Virus record (IMG/VR): IMGVR_UViG_3300043313_001352
Span: 50,035 to 114,034 of that record
Length of the DNA stretch: 64,000 bases
DNA from: a virus
Strand: one strand, 5' to 3'
In this document: one piece after another, positions 27,365 to 38,300 of the stretch
Numbering within the stretch: position 1 is the first letter of the stretch
Layout: the number at the start of each line of letters is the position of its first letter
Translations under genes and position numbers: made by a program
Notes under the pieces: generated by a model
Database searches by the model: none
What the model was told of the DNA's origin: nothing
What the model saw: the letters and a program-made list of their open reading frames with translations, nothing else

Positions 27365-29694
27365 GCTGCTCCCATCCTTGCGGCACCGGGCAGGTAGATC
27401 ACGATCACCCGGTCCCGGTAGACAGTGGCGTTAGGGCCTCCGTGGCCGTACTCGGTGCGGATCATGTACTTGGTCCCTGCGGTCACCGCCACGATCGAGA
27501 ACGTGGTGTAGGGGGTCCGGCTGGGCACGGTGTCGGAGGAAGAGATCGCCACGTCTCCAGCGAACCCGACGTAGCTGCCACCCAACCCGTCGCTGTTCAC
27601 ATCGCTGTAGGCCCCGCACCGCATCAACAGGTAGTCGTCATAGTCCGCACGCCCCGCCCCGGTGGAGATGGCGATCATCACGCCGTCGGCCGGTGGTGTG
27701 GTCACCACCCGGTAGGCGTTCGGCACAGCGGCGTACCCCGAGGCCAGCAGCGGCACGTTGTTCGCGGTCACACCCATGTAGCCGCCGGTCATCACCGTGA
27801 TCTTGGACTGCACCGTGGTGGCGTCCAGCCACTGGCTGAACATCGGCCAGGCAGCGAACGGGAAGCCCAGGTCCGCAGGCTGAGGTGTGGCACCAGGATC
27901 ACCGGACCACAAGAACCGCGGCGAGACCACGGTCTCATCCGGCAGCAGTCCCAGCGCCCGGTCCACGTAGCTGCGCGGTGTCACGTCACCGGCCTGCTCA
28001 GGCGGGTCGACCACCGGCCCGATCCGCATCGGCACCACCGGATCGGTGTCGGGCGGACTGATGTCCGAGGTGGTGATGTCGGGTGCCGTGATCGTGCCCT
28101 CGGACGTCACCCATCCAGGCTCCAGTCCATCGGCCATCCGCAGCTCACGTGGTGAGCGGATCACCTCGTGGGTATCGACCAGCACTTGTCCGGCCGTGCA
28201 GGTGATGAACGGACGGAAGAACACCGAGCCGGGCAGCGGGGTGACCGCTGCCTCCACCGCAGCAGTGGCGCCAGGAGCAGGTTCCTCTCCATCACCGACC
28301 GCGAGGTACCCGGCCACGTTCTCCCAGGACGGTTCGACGGTGTAGTAGCTCGACGTGGACATGCGCGGCTCGCCGTCCCACACGAAGGTCTCGTCCTCCA
28401 GCGAGACGGTGTCGCCGTCGAAGTAGGTGCGCCCGTTCGGCAGTGGGTTCTGGCCGAGCCGGAGCAGCACGTTGTCGAGGTAGGCCACCTTGCCTGCGGC
28501 GGGCGCCGCGCAGTCGAGGCCGACGAAGTAGTGGTGGCTTTGACCATCGTTCGGGACGGTCATCTTCACCTCGCTGTGGACCCACTGGTTCTTGGCGGTG
28601 ATCGTGGGGCTCTCACCGGCGAAGACGTAGTGCAGCTTGACGTCCGGGTTCCCGGCAGGGACGTAGATCTCGGCCGACAGCGTCAACAGCGAGCCCGGTG
28701 GGATCGCCTGGGTGTCGATCACGCAGTTGCTGTGCGTGGTCCCTGAGCCCAGGTTGGGCCAGGTCACCTTCACCGCCTGGCTCCCGGAGTAGTACCGCTC
28801 GGTGGCGTACTCCACCGTGCCGACCGCGCCGGATCCGAAGGTGGGGTTGGAGTGCCACTCGGGTCCTTCGCCCGCGGTGGGGGAGGCGTCCTCAGCGCCG
28901 GGCTTGGTGACCAGGTTCTGGGCGACCAGGATCCCGGTCTCCTTGGTCGGAACGATCGCCACCTGGTTGCTGCACATCACCGGCCCGAGCAGTTCGTGGT
29001 CGGCGTCGTAGCACAGCCAGCCCATCGACAGCGCGGCCGAGCTACCCAGCGCGGAGACTCGTGCGTTGCTGCGGTAGAGGTTGACCTCCGAGATCGGGAT
29101 CGGGTCGCCGTCCCAGTAGACCGAGCCACCGGTGCCGATCTGCCAGCCACCACCGACGGTCTGGCCGGGCAGCTCGGCGATGAAGGTGGACGGAGCATCC
29201 AGCTGCTCCCACAGTTCGCGGCTGTACTGCCACCACGAGGTGAGCGCGACGTCGGCGCCGCCCGAGCTGGGTGTCCCGTGGATGTGATCGGAGCGGGCCA
29301 GCGTGGCTGCGGTCCCGTCGGCTGCAGCAGCACCAGCGACCACCGACTCTGCGACCGGTCCGAACTTCGCATCCAGGCTCACTGCACTGGTGTCGTGGGA
29401 CCCGTCGTCGGTCACCGTGGCGCCCACCGATGCGGTGGAGCGGAAGTCGAGCGTGCTGCGCTGAGCACGGGCAACCCCGTCGTCGGTCACCGTGTCGTAG
29501 TAGGACCGACTGCTGATCCAGGCGGTCCCGTCCCAGTACTTCAGCACCTGAGGTGTGCTGGAGGTGTCGAACCAGAGCTGGCCCTTGGCCGGGTTGGCCG
29601 GTGCCGTGCCTCGGTTCTCGGCCCGTGCGCTGATCAGCTGGTTGTGCCGCAGGTCGATGTCGGTGGCGAACCATTCTGCAGCGGGCGTCGTCAT
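27361..29694 (-). CDS. minor tail protein with carbohydrate-binding-like module
   Basis: PANPAKGQLWFDT, ARSDHIHGTP, CBM-like region, YFDGD motif. Confidence 0.75.
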   Translation of the reverse strand: MTTPAAEWFATDIDLRHNQLISARAENRGTAPANPAKGQLWFDTSSTPQVLKYWDGTAWISSRSYYDTVTDDGVARAQRSTLDFRSTASVGATVTDDGSHDTSAVSLDAKFGPVAESVVAGAAAADGTAATLARSDHIHGTPSSGGADVALTSWWQYSRELWEQLDAPSTFIAELPGQTVGGGWQIGTGGSVYWDGDPIPISEVNLYRSNARVSALGSSAALSMGWLCYDADHELLGPVMCSNQVAIVPTKETGILVAQNLVTKPGAEDASPTAGEGPEWHSNPTFGSGAVGTVEYATERYYSGSQAVKVTWPNLGSGTTHSNCVIDTQAIPPGSLLTLSAEIYVPAGNPDVKLHYVFAGESPTITAKNQWVHSEVKMTVPNDGQSHHYFVGLDCAAPAAGKVAYLDNVLLRLGQNPLPNGRTYFDGDTVSLEDETFVWDGEPRMSTSSYYTVEPSWENVAGYLAVGDGEEPAPGATAAVEAAVTPLPGSVFFRPFITCTAGQVLVDTHEVIRSPRELRMADGLEPGWVTSEGTITAPDITTSDISPPDTDPVVPMRIGPVVDPPEQAGDVTPRSYVDRALGLLPDETVVSPRFLWSGDPGATPQPADLGFPFAAWPMFSQWLDATTVQSKITVMTGGYMGVTANNVPLLASGYAAVPNAYRVVTTPPADGVMIAISTGAGRADYDDYLLMRCGAYSDVNSDGLGGSYVGFAGDVAISSSDTVPSRTPYTTFSIVAVTAGTKYMIRTEYGHGGPNATVYRDRVIVIYLPGAARMGAA

Positions 29695-29891
29695 GCAACC
29701 ACCCGCTGCAGCCGATCACAGATGCAAACCTCGTCGTCACAGAAGCCGTACTGCGGGGCCATCGTCGTCACCCGGTGCTCGCGCACCAGCTGACGTCCGT
29801 GGTGGGTGTGCCCACACTTGCAGGGGTAGCCCGGTGTCACTGCGATCCAGTGCTCCTGGACCGTCCGGACGATGTCGTTGACGTTGCTCAT
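29691..29891 (-). CDS. small Cys/His-rich hypothetical protein
   Basis: CKCGHTHH...CDDEVCIC; 4-bp overlap. Confidence 0.5.
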   Translation of the reverse strand: MSNVNDIVRTVQEHWIAVTPGYPCKCGHTHHGRQLVREHRVTTMAPQYGFCDDEVCICDRLQRVVA

Positions 29892-30000
29892 CGCTGCTCA
29901 CGCTTCTCCCTGGTCTTGTCCGCTGCTCGGATGGTTGCCCAGACCACGCCGATGACGATCACGATGATCACCAGCAGCAGTGCACCGAGCACCCAGTTGG

Positions 30001-30495
30001 TCATGACAGGTAGGCCGTTCCGGCAATCGGCTCGGAGAAGTCGATCGTCAGGTTGTCGTTGTTGGTGTAGGTGACCGCGCCGCGCACGGTGTTACCGGCG
30101 GTGTTGACCACGCGCACCTGCGGCTTGTAGTGCATCAGGTGCACGATCGACCAGTGCGTCGCCGCGGTGGTCTGCGTGTGTTCATAGCGCGAGGGCGCCC
30201 CGGCCTCACCGTAGATCGGCACCCAGCTGGAGCCGTCGGAGACGAACGTCGGCTGTGGCACCAGCACCGGCGGGCTCTTGATCCAGACGTCACCAGCCAC
30301 CACGCCGGTGGTGGGCATACCCGCCTGGATGAACACATGCGTCGAGCGTCCTGGTGGTCCTGTGGGGCCGACCGGGCCGACCCCTTCAGCGATCACCAGC
30401 ATCTCGAAGTCGGTGGTGGCCAGCTGCACGTCGAGTGCGTCGACGCGCGGCTGCACCTCGACGTTCTGCTCGCCAGCACCACCGATGTCGACCAC
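30001..30495 (-). CDS. virion-associated protein
   Basis: Short collagen segment plus the C-terminal YEHTQ..WSIVHLM..PQVRVV..LTIDFSEPIAGTAYLS domain common in phage tail genes. Confidence 0.7.
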   Translation of the reverse strand: MVDIGGAGEQNVEVQPRVDALDVQLATTDFEMLVIAEGVGPVGPTGPPGRSTHVFIQAGMPTTGVVAGDVWIKSPPVLVPQPTFVSDGSSWVPIYGEAGAPSRYEHTQTTAATHWSIVHLMHYKPQVRVVNTAGNTVRGAVTYTNNDNLTIDFSEPIAGTAYLS

Positions 30496-30509
30496 TGCTC
30501 AGTCCTTCC

Positions 30510-30776
30510 TCACGCCTCGGGCGGGTTCACGCCTGAGGCTGGTCCGGCAACGACGTTGCCGTCTTGGATCTTGGAGACCACCGTGTTCCACGGTGTCACC
30601 TGGGACTCGACCCAGAACGCCGCAGCAGCCGTGATCGCACCGATGATCAGCGAGATGATCGCGACCACGTCCTTGTCCAGGCCGTCGATCAGTCCGAGCC
30701 CACCGTTGATCACCCCGAGCGCGGCCAGGATCGAGTAGACGATCACCACCGGGCGGTTGGTCGTGGCGTTGTTCAT
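30510..30776 (-). CDS. holin
   Basis: Two TM helices, VTP motif typical of actinophage holins, adjacent to the lysin. Confidence 0.75.
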   Translation of the reverse strand: MNNATTNRPVVIVYSILAALGVINGGLGLIDGLDKDVVAIISLIIGAITAAAAFWVESQVTPWNTVVSKIQDGNVVAGPASGVNPPEA

Positions 30777-30795
30777 CGTGTGCTCCCTGTTGTCT

Positions 30796-31203
30796 TCATG
30801 CCGCGGCCTTCTTGGTCGGCGGCTTGCGGTGCGGGATGGTGACCTCGTTGATGTCCCAGGCCCAGCCCGCGTACTTCAGCTTCGGCCAGTGCCGTGCAAA
30901 CCAGCCGATCGGCCGGGTCGCCACCCGCCCCCAACCTGCTGCGTCGGTGGAGCGCACCCGTCCTGCGCCCATCGAGATGGCGATGTGCCCGAAGCCGCGC
31001 GAGCCACCGGTCCAGTAGACCGCCGCGCCGCGCGGTGGCCGCTTGTCCCGGTGCTTGTCGTTGGTGTTGCGCCAGGCGGTGGCAGCGTCGGGGTAGCGCG
31101 CCGGGATCCCGGCCCACTGCCGGGACTGCTGCAGGCACATCCCCGGCGCGTTGCGGGTGGACGCGTTCGCGTTGCGGGCGGTCTTGGCCGCGTTGTTGGC
31201 CAT
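30796..31203 (-). CDS. endolysin, CHAP/NlpC-like cysteine peptidase
   Basis: GMCLQQSR...AATAW...PPRGAAVYWTGGSRGFGHIAIS...STD (catalytic Cys/His). Confidence 0.8.
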   Translation of the reverse strand: MANNAAKTARNANASTRNAPGMCLQQSRQWAGIPARYPDAATAWRNTNDKHRDKRPPRGAAVYWTGGSRGFGHIAISMGAGRVRSTDAAGWGRVATRPIGWFARHWPKLKYAGWAWDINEVTIPHRKPPTKKAAA

Positions 31204-31339
31204 CCTCAGCGCCTCTTCTCGTCGTCGTCCTCGGTGGCCGGGTCGTGGGGCTCGGTGGCCTCGCGGTCCTGCCGGTCCGGCTCGGGTGGTTCGTCGACCG
31301 GCTCTTCCTTCTGCCAGGGCGTGGGCATGGGTGGTCCTC

Positions 31340-32339
31340 TCAGTTGTCCGCGGGGTAGCTGATGTTGGCGATCGAGCACCAGGTCGCGCCGGTCATCGCG
31401 ACGTTGACCAGCACGTCGCCGTTGGTCATCAGGTTGATCCGGCTCGCTGGGTCAGCCGACGTGGGCACGCTGATCACCTGGTTGCCGCCGGGTCGGTAGC
31501 CCGTGGGCAGGGTGAAGAGGGTGCTGCCCACCGTGGTGGCGCCGGGCTTGAGCATGCCGCGGAGGTAGACGACGCTGCCGATCTTGCGGTAACCCGCAGG
31601 CTCCCAGGTCGGGGCGTTGTAGTTGGCCCAGCTGCTGAGCAGGATCGGAGTGGTCCATCCGGTGTCGGCGATCGCCCCCATCGGGCCACTCGGCCCTTCC
31701 GGACCTGGCAGGCCGGGAGGACCGATCGGACCGTCGCCGCCCAGGAGCATGTTCAGCGACTCTTGAGCAGCCAGGGACAGATCCAGGGTGGGCGGCACCG
31801 TCGGGACCAGGTCGATCTCGACGGTGACGTCGTTGGGCGGGATGACGACGTCGACATCCCATCCTGGAGGCTCTGGCATCGCTCATGCTCCTGCCGGGGG
31901 GTCCGGGATGTTCAGGGCCTGCACGGCGGTGAGGATCTTGGTGTCGTTGATCACGTCGTCGCGAGCCCCGAGGTCCGGGTTCTTGTTGATCGTCAGGGTG
32001 TCCTTGGCGTAGGCCCAGTCATCGGACCAGCCCGGCTGAGATGCGAACTCCCACTTCCTGTTGAACGCCCAGGTCTGCGGGTCGGGGATCCCTTCGCTTG
32101 CGGCACAGGCGGCGATCCTCATGGACAAGCTGCTGCTGTTCGCGATGTCAAGAACGGCTTGGTAGCTCACTGGCTTCTCCTCGGATGGTGTGTTGAAGGT
32201 CTTCGATCTGGAGCTTGAGCGTGGTGATCTCCATCTTCAGATCACTGTTCTCAACGGTCAGGTGAGCTGCACGACGTTCGCCCCCAGCAGTGATCTCGGC
32301 GATCCGTTGGAGGTAGAAGCTCTCTAGTTCTTCGTTCAC
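31340..32339 (-). CDS. three tail-associated genes (31340-31879 fibre-tip-like; 31883-32170; 32148-32339 coiled coil)
   Basis: 31340-31879 has a GPxG segment plus YRKIGSVVYLRG...LPTGYRP; the other two follow the giant tail gene. Confidence 0.65.
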
Positions 32340-32349
32340 ACGACGCTCG

Positions 32350-35300
32350 CTAGGTGTTGAGGAAGGAGGTCGTCAGGTAGATGACGTCACCGTTGGCCAC
32401 GGTGCCGATCGTGACTCCACCGCCAGAAGAGATCTGACAGTTGACTACCGTGTTGGTGCCGTTGCGGGCGAGGAGGTTGACGGAGATTACTGGGCGTCCA
32501 GCAGTCAGCGGGATCGTCGCCATGGTCGTACCCGAGCCTGAGGCGCGCGAGAAGGTTCCTCGGAAGTAGACCTGCTCTCCGATGATCTTGTACGCAGGCA
32601 CGATGTTTCCAGCACCCCACCCCGCTCCGTACGCGAAGGAGTTCCAGCCACCACCTTGCGCGGAGTCGGCAGGCATGGACTCATCAGTGGCCCACTCGAT
32701 CCTTCCGGCGTCGATGTTGAAGTACGCGACCAGCACCCAGTTGTTCGGCACCGTGAAGTCGCTGAGGTAGTTCGTGTACCGGAAGTTTGCGGCCAGTGAG
32801 GTCGCAGCAGACCCGAAGGGGATCTCGTACCAGAGAACGTCCCATGAACTCATAGGGACGCCTGCCGAGGTGACCGTCTTTTGAGTGGCCCCGCCGAAGT
32901 TCGGGATCACCGTGCCAACAGGCGGCATGGTGATCTCGAAGTAGCCAGAAGGGGCAAGGTTGACGCTTCTACCGATACTCATCGGCATGAACCGCGCAGA
33001 CCACGAGATGTTGTAGTTGATGTCAACGACCTTGACACCGCCACCAGAGAGTTGTGACTGGGCACGGATGGAGTAGTACAGCTGCTCAAACGCCTTGCCA
33101 GTGAAGGAAGTCGCGCCAGCGCCTCCGACGTCCAGGGTCTCGAAGTGAGCGACACCGTCACCAGTGAGCTTGATCTTGGGGAACCCGCCAGTGCCTGGTG
33201 CGTTGGACTCCCATGAGGCTGGAGACGCAGCGATGAAGCTGGTGAGCAGCGGCGGCGCATCGGTGTCACCTACGGCACCGACGAAGTTCGGGGTGCTGAC
33301 GGTCGAGTACGTCGCTCCGACTCCAGACGGCAGGAACGCAGGCTGCTCAGGCTGCAGGATGAAGTCAGTCCGGATCGGCGTGATGTTGAGCGCCGCCCGA
33401 GTCAGGTAGAACCGGAACGAGTTCACATCGTTGACAGTCCGTGCCGTGCCCTTACCTGCAGCCGGGTCTGGCAGGTCCGGCACCGTGACGGTCAGCCGAG
33501 CCCGCTTCTTCATCGTGATCGAGGCGTACGCCGAGGCGTTCGACTCCTGGATGGCCCCTTGGGAGTCGTACCAGGTGAACGCTCCCCACCAGATCGAGGG
33601 ATCCGTGGCTGCCCAGGTGATCCCGGTGTAGTTGTAGAACTGCGGGCCGTCAGTGGCCGGAGCGGCCGTGAACCTCGTGAACGCACCAGTCAGCACATCT
33701 CCACACGCGCTGACACTCCGGGTCGCTGGGACCGCTGGGAACTCCAGGTCGACCAGACGCGCGGGCGAGGCAGCGTCAGTGAAGACGTAGTTGTTCACCG
33801 TCCCGTGGATCACCCAGATGTCCCGGTCGGTCGTCTCGAAGCCCATCCGCTGCGAGGAGCCGTAGGTGACACCGCACAGATCCTCGTCCTGGGCGAAGAA
33901 GGATGAGTTGATGGTCTTCGTGGCGCTCGGGGTGATCGTGGTGTCGGTGAAGGCCAAGGTGGCGAGTTCAATGGTGCCACCGGGCCATGGTGCGAACATG
34001 TTCCGCTTGGCTTGCGCGACCATGTGTGCGCGGGTAGCACCGGTCGCTGAGAAGCACCGTCCCAGCCGCCATTGCCAGAACCAGGAGAAGGTACCGTCCT
34101 GACGCTCGGCCTTCTTGATCGGGGCGAGAGTGCCCGAGGTGTTCATCGCTGAGTCGTCCCAGCTGGTGATCATGTACTTCTCGTCGCGGGCTCCAACGTA
34201 CCCAGCGGTGCGGAAAAATCCGTTGGTGACCTGTCGCTCAAGCCCACCAACAGCGATGACTGAGTTGCCATGGAAGGTGTAGTACGCAGCTGTCTCCCCG
34301 TTGCTGTTCGCGACGCGGGGGACCTGCCACCAGGTGGTCCCCTTCTTCATCGTCGCGTCGTCGAAGAATGTGTTCGCACAACGGAACGAGCCAGTGGACT
34401 CAGCACTGTCCAGGTGGAAGCCCCAGAACGGGTCACACCACTGTCCCCGTGCGAACGCGGACTGGGGGTAGTCCGTGCCCAGCGAGGGACCTGAGGTGGC
34501 ACCCACGGTCTGGGTCTGCAGGATGGTCTTGGAGCCCATCGCGAAGGTCGACTGGCCGCGGACATCCATCCCCTGGCCGACCGTGAGCCCGCGTGCCATG
34601 ATCTGCGCGTCGATCACCGAAGGCTTCTGTGGATCGTTGGGCAGGTCGACCCGGATCGAGACACCATCGGAGCCGTACTGCCTCAAACCCTCGCTGGACA
34701 GCTCCATCCGCTGCCCGGACTCAGCCGTCTTGATCTTCCCGATGATGGCGAGGTCAGCGTCCAGCTTCGCGCCCTTGATCTGAATCGCGTCCACCAGGTT
34801 GGTGTAGATGTAGCCGTCGGAGATGTCGGCCTCGGTGATCTGACGCAGGGTGGCCGAGCCAGCAGTACCGGGAGCAGCGGAGTTGAACCCGCCACCGATC
34901 TTGGCGTCCTTGGCGACGATCCGCACGTAGTAGGTGACCGAGCCGTCCTTGACCAGGAAGGTGCCGTCCGCCAGCTGCTCACGGATCGTGTAGGAGGTCG
35001 CCGTGGTCTCGATCTGCAACGTCGCTGCCGATGGCGTGAACGTGGCACCGGTGGTAGCGCAGTGCACCTCGTAGGTCACCGTGTCGTGGTTGAGGATCGC
35101 AGGCCACTTGATCCCCAGCGAGGAGACCGAGCCCGTCACCGTAGCTGCGGGTGAGGACGCAGGCGCAAGAGCATCGGGCGTGGCGGCGTTGTACGCCGAG
35201 TCAGCCGTGGCCGGGACGTTCGAGCTGGCCACAGTGAGCAACAGGTCGAAGATGCCAGAAGCAGCCGGGATGTCTGTCTCAGGCACCAGCGTGGTGTTCC

Positions 35301-38300
35301 AGCCTGTCTGCCAGGTGTCAGGTGGCAGGGTGTGTGAGATCTCGGCATCCACTGCTGTGATCTTCGGGTACTGCCAGTAGTTGCTGGCTGCCTGCGAGGT
35401 CAGGATGATGACCAACGTCCCGGTGGAGATGCGTCGAGCTACCCGAACCCCAATCGGCAAGTTGCCGGTGTTCACTCCCGTCGCGTTCGCGACTGAGGGC
35501 GGTGGACCTGCGTAGGAGTAACCGGATGTCTCCAGGTTGAAGGTCCCCTGGGTGGAGGCGTAGTTGAACCCCGAGAGCTTGATCTTGTACATCCGGTTGG
35601 TGAACGTGATCGGGGTGTCGATCACGATGTTGCCCGTCAGGTTCCCAGCCGCGTTCGCGTAGCTGGTCACGTCTCGGAACAGCTTCCCGTTGGCCCCGAT
35701 CAGCGAGATCTTGGGCAGCGCCTGAGAGGCAGCCGTGTAGGAGGAACTCTTGGAGACCCCGGTGTAGGTGAAGGTGAGGTTCGAGTAGGTGATCTTGTTG
35801 GTGGTGTACAGCTCGGTGTTGGTCAGGTAGCCAGGCTCGGTCGGGACCCAGGGAGCCACTGGAGTTGCCACCACCGGTACGGCAGGTGCTGCTGCTCCAA
35901 CAGGAGTCACCGTGGCGTAGTACGGAGTGACCGCCGTGATGCTGACACCCTGGGCACCAGCACCACCGGTCGAGCCCTGTGCTCCCGTGTAGGAGACAGA
36001 CCAGGCGAAGGTCTTGGTGAAGCTGACACCTCCGACCGTGATCGGAACCGTCAGAGTGCCGCTCTGGGTCACCAGAGCCGTCGTGACCGTGGCTGTGAAC
36101 TGCGCCGTCAGACCGGGGTTGTTCTGGTACGTGATCGTCATGCCGGTCGGCGCACCAGTGATCGTGCCGATCGTGGCGGACTGCTGGACGGCGCCCTTGT
36201 ACGCCAGCACCTGACTGGTTGTGAACCCGGCCACTGCAGCAGAGACGGTGCCGGGGAACACCTGAGCTTCGTTGGTCAGGACGACCGTGACTGCGTCCGC
36301 GCCTACGAAGCCAGAAGAGCCGTCGGAGATCTTGGAGATCGTCATGGTGTCGGTGACACCCGACGCGCCCGTTGCCTTGATGGCCAGAGTCTTCGCAGTC
36401 ATGATCGCGCCGGTGACGGTCACGACATTGCCCGCCACCGAAGCGTAGATCGGAGCAGCACCAAAGGTGCCGCCGTCTGCACTGAACGTCCACGTCGAAA
36501 TCGTGGTGCCGGTGGGAGTTCCGGTGATCACTGCCGTTGCAGGAGTTGTCGTAGCAGGTGCGACTGTGAAGTTGTCCAGCCTGCCAGCGTTGACGCCGAA
36601 GTTGTAGAGACCGTGTCGGGTGCCTGTGTAGGTGGCATCGGTGGCGGTCACTACCGTCACGTCGTTGATCTTGCCTTGCAGTGTTGAGCCAGACGCGGTG
36701 ATGGAGACCTTGTCGCCGAGCACGGCCAATGCCGTGGACTGGCCAATGGTCGTGTACGTCTCGGCACCGTACGCCCCTGCTGACCGATAGATCTGCAAGG
36801 ACCCGTTGTTGTTGATGACCAGCACGTAGCCGTTCAGGTTGGTCAAGTTGTGCCGGAACGCTATCCCTCCAGAGAGTAGGCCGGTGATGACAAAGGAGAC
36901 GGTGACGTCCGCGGTGCCACACTCCACGTCCGCGTAGGACTGACCACCCGTAGCGCCAGCCGTCGCGATGTACGCCTTGCCGCCGCTGACACCCCACACC
37001 GAACTGTTGTCGTTGCGCCACGCCTGACCCGTCTCAGTGGTACCGAGCGAGGTGGTTGAGTCTCCACGGTTGAACGAGTCGAGGATCGTGGGAGCAGGAG
37101 CAGACAGTGCCTGTGTGGTGGCGGTCAGGTCAACGATCGTGGCCGCCGCGCCAGTCGCTCCACCCGCACCTGTGAAACTCAGCGCCCACGTGAAGACCTG
37201 GTTGAACGTCATTCCGCCCACGGTCACTGGGATGGTGAACGTTCCAGTCGCTGTTGCCAGAGCAGTCGTCACCGTGAAGGTGATCAGAGGTGCTGTAGTC
37301 CCGTTGTTGGTCACCGCTGCTGTGATGCCGGTAGCGCCACCAGTGATCGTTCCGACCGTGGCTACCTGAGCCACCGTGCCCTTGTACGCGATGACCGTCG
37401 TGGTCGCTGTCGTAGCCAGCGCGTTGGTGAGACCAGCAGGGAAGCTCTGTGACTCGTTGGACAGCAACACGGTATAGGCGTCTGCTCCTGCGGGACCTGA
37501 TGGTCCCGTGCCTCCGGTGGCGCCAGTTGCACCGGTGAGCACCTTCGCCACCGTGAGCGAGTCCGCGACACCCGCGTTGTTGCCTGCCCGCACCGCGATC
37601 GTGCTGGCCGTCATCGTCGCCCCGGTGATGGTCACCACGTTCCCGGCGATCGACACGCCAGGTGGTGCTGTCCCGGACCAGGCACCGCTGTTGACGCTGT
37701 AGTCCCACACCGTGATCGTGGTGTTGACCGGGGTGCCCGTGATGGTTGCCGTGGCCGGGGCGGTAGCACCGGTCCCACTTGCAGGAGAGACCAGAACCTG
37801 AGCCGTCGAGGTCAGCGTGATCGTGGCAGCGTTAGATCCAGGAAGACCCTGTGGACCTTGGGTCTGGGTCCACTCGTACAGGTTCGCATCGGTACTCTCG
37901 ACGGCGGTCGTCTGGTTGTACGCGAGGCCCATGTGAGTGCCCACAGCGCTGTCGGTGACGTTCTTGACAGCGTGGTAGACCTCCTTGATGAAGACCTTGA
38001 TTCCGACAGCCTTGTTGTACGACAGGAGAGCGAGACGGACAGCAGTGGGAGCGCCCGCTGGAACGGTTGCCACACCGCTGTAGTCCGCGTAACTCGTGGT
38101 GATTCCACTGGGCTGCAAGCTAGTGAAGCGAACGACTTCTGTAGTACCGGCAGCGTTCAGCAGGATCGCGTAGATCCCCGACCCATCCCCTATGACGGTG
38201 CTTCTCATCCTGATGCGGAGGTAGATCACGTCGCCCGGAACCACGTCAAGCGTCTGCATGGCCGTGGCGCCATTCGTTGCGAGAAGGCCAGAAGTGAGGG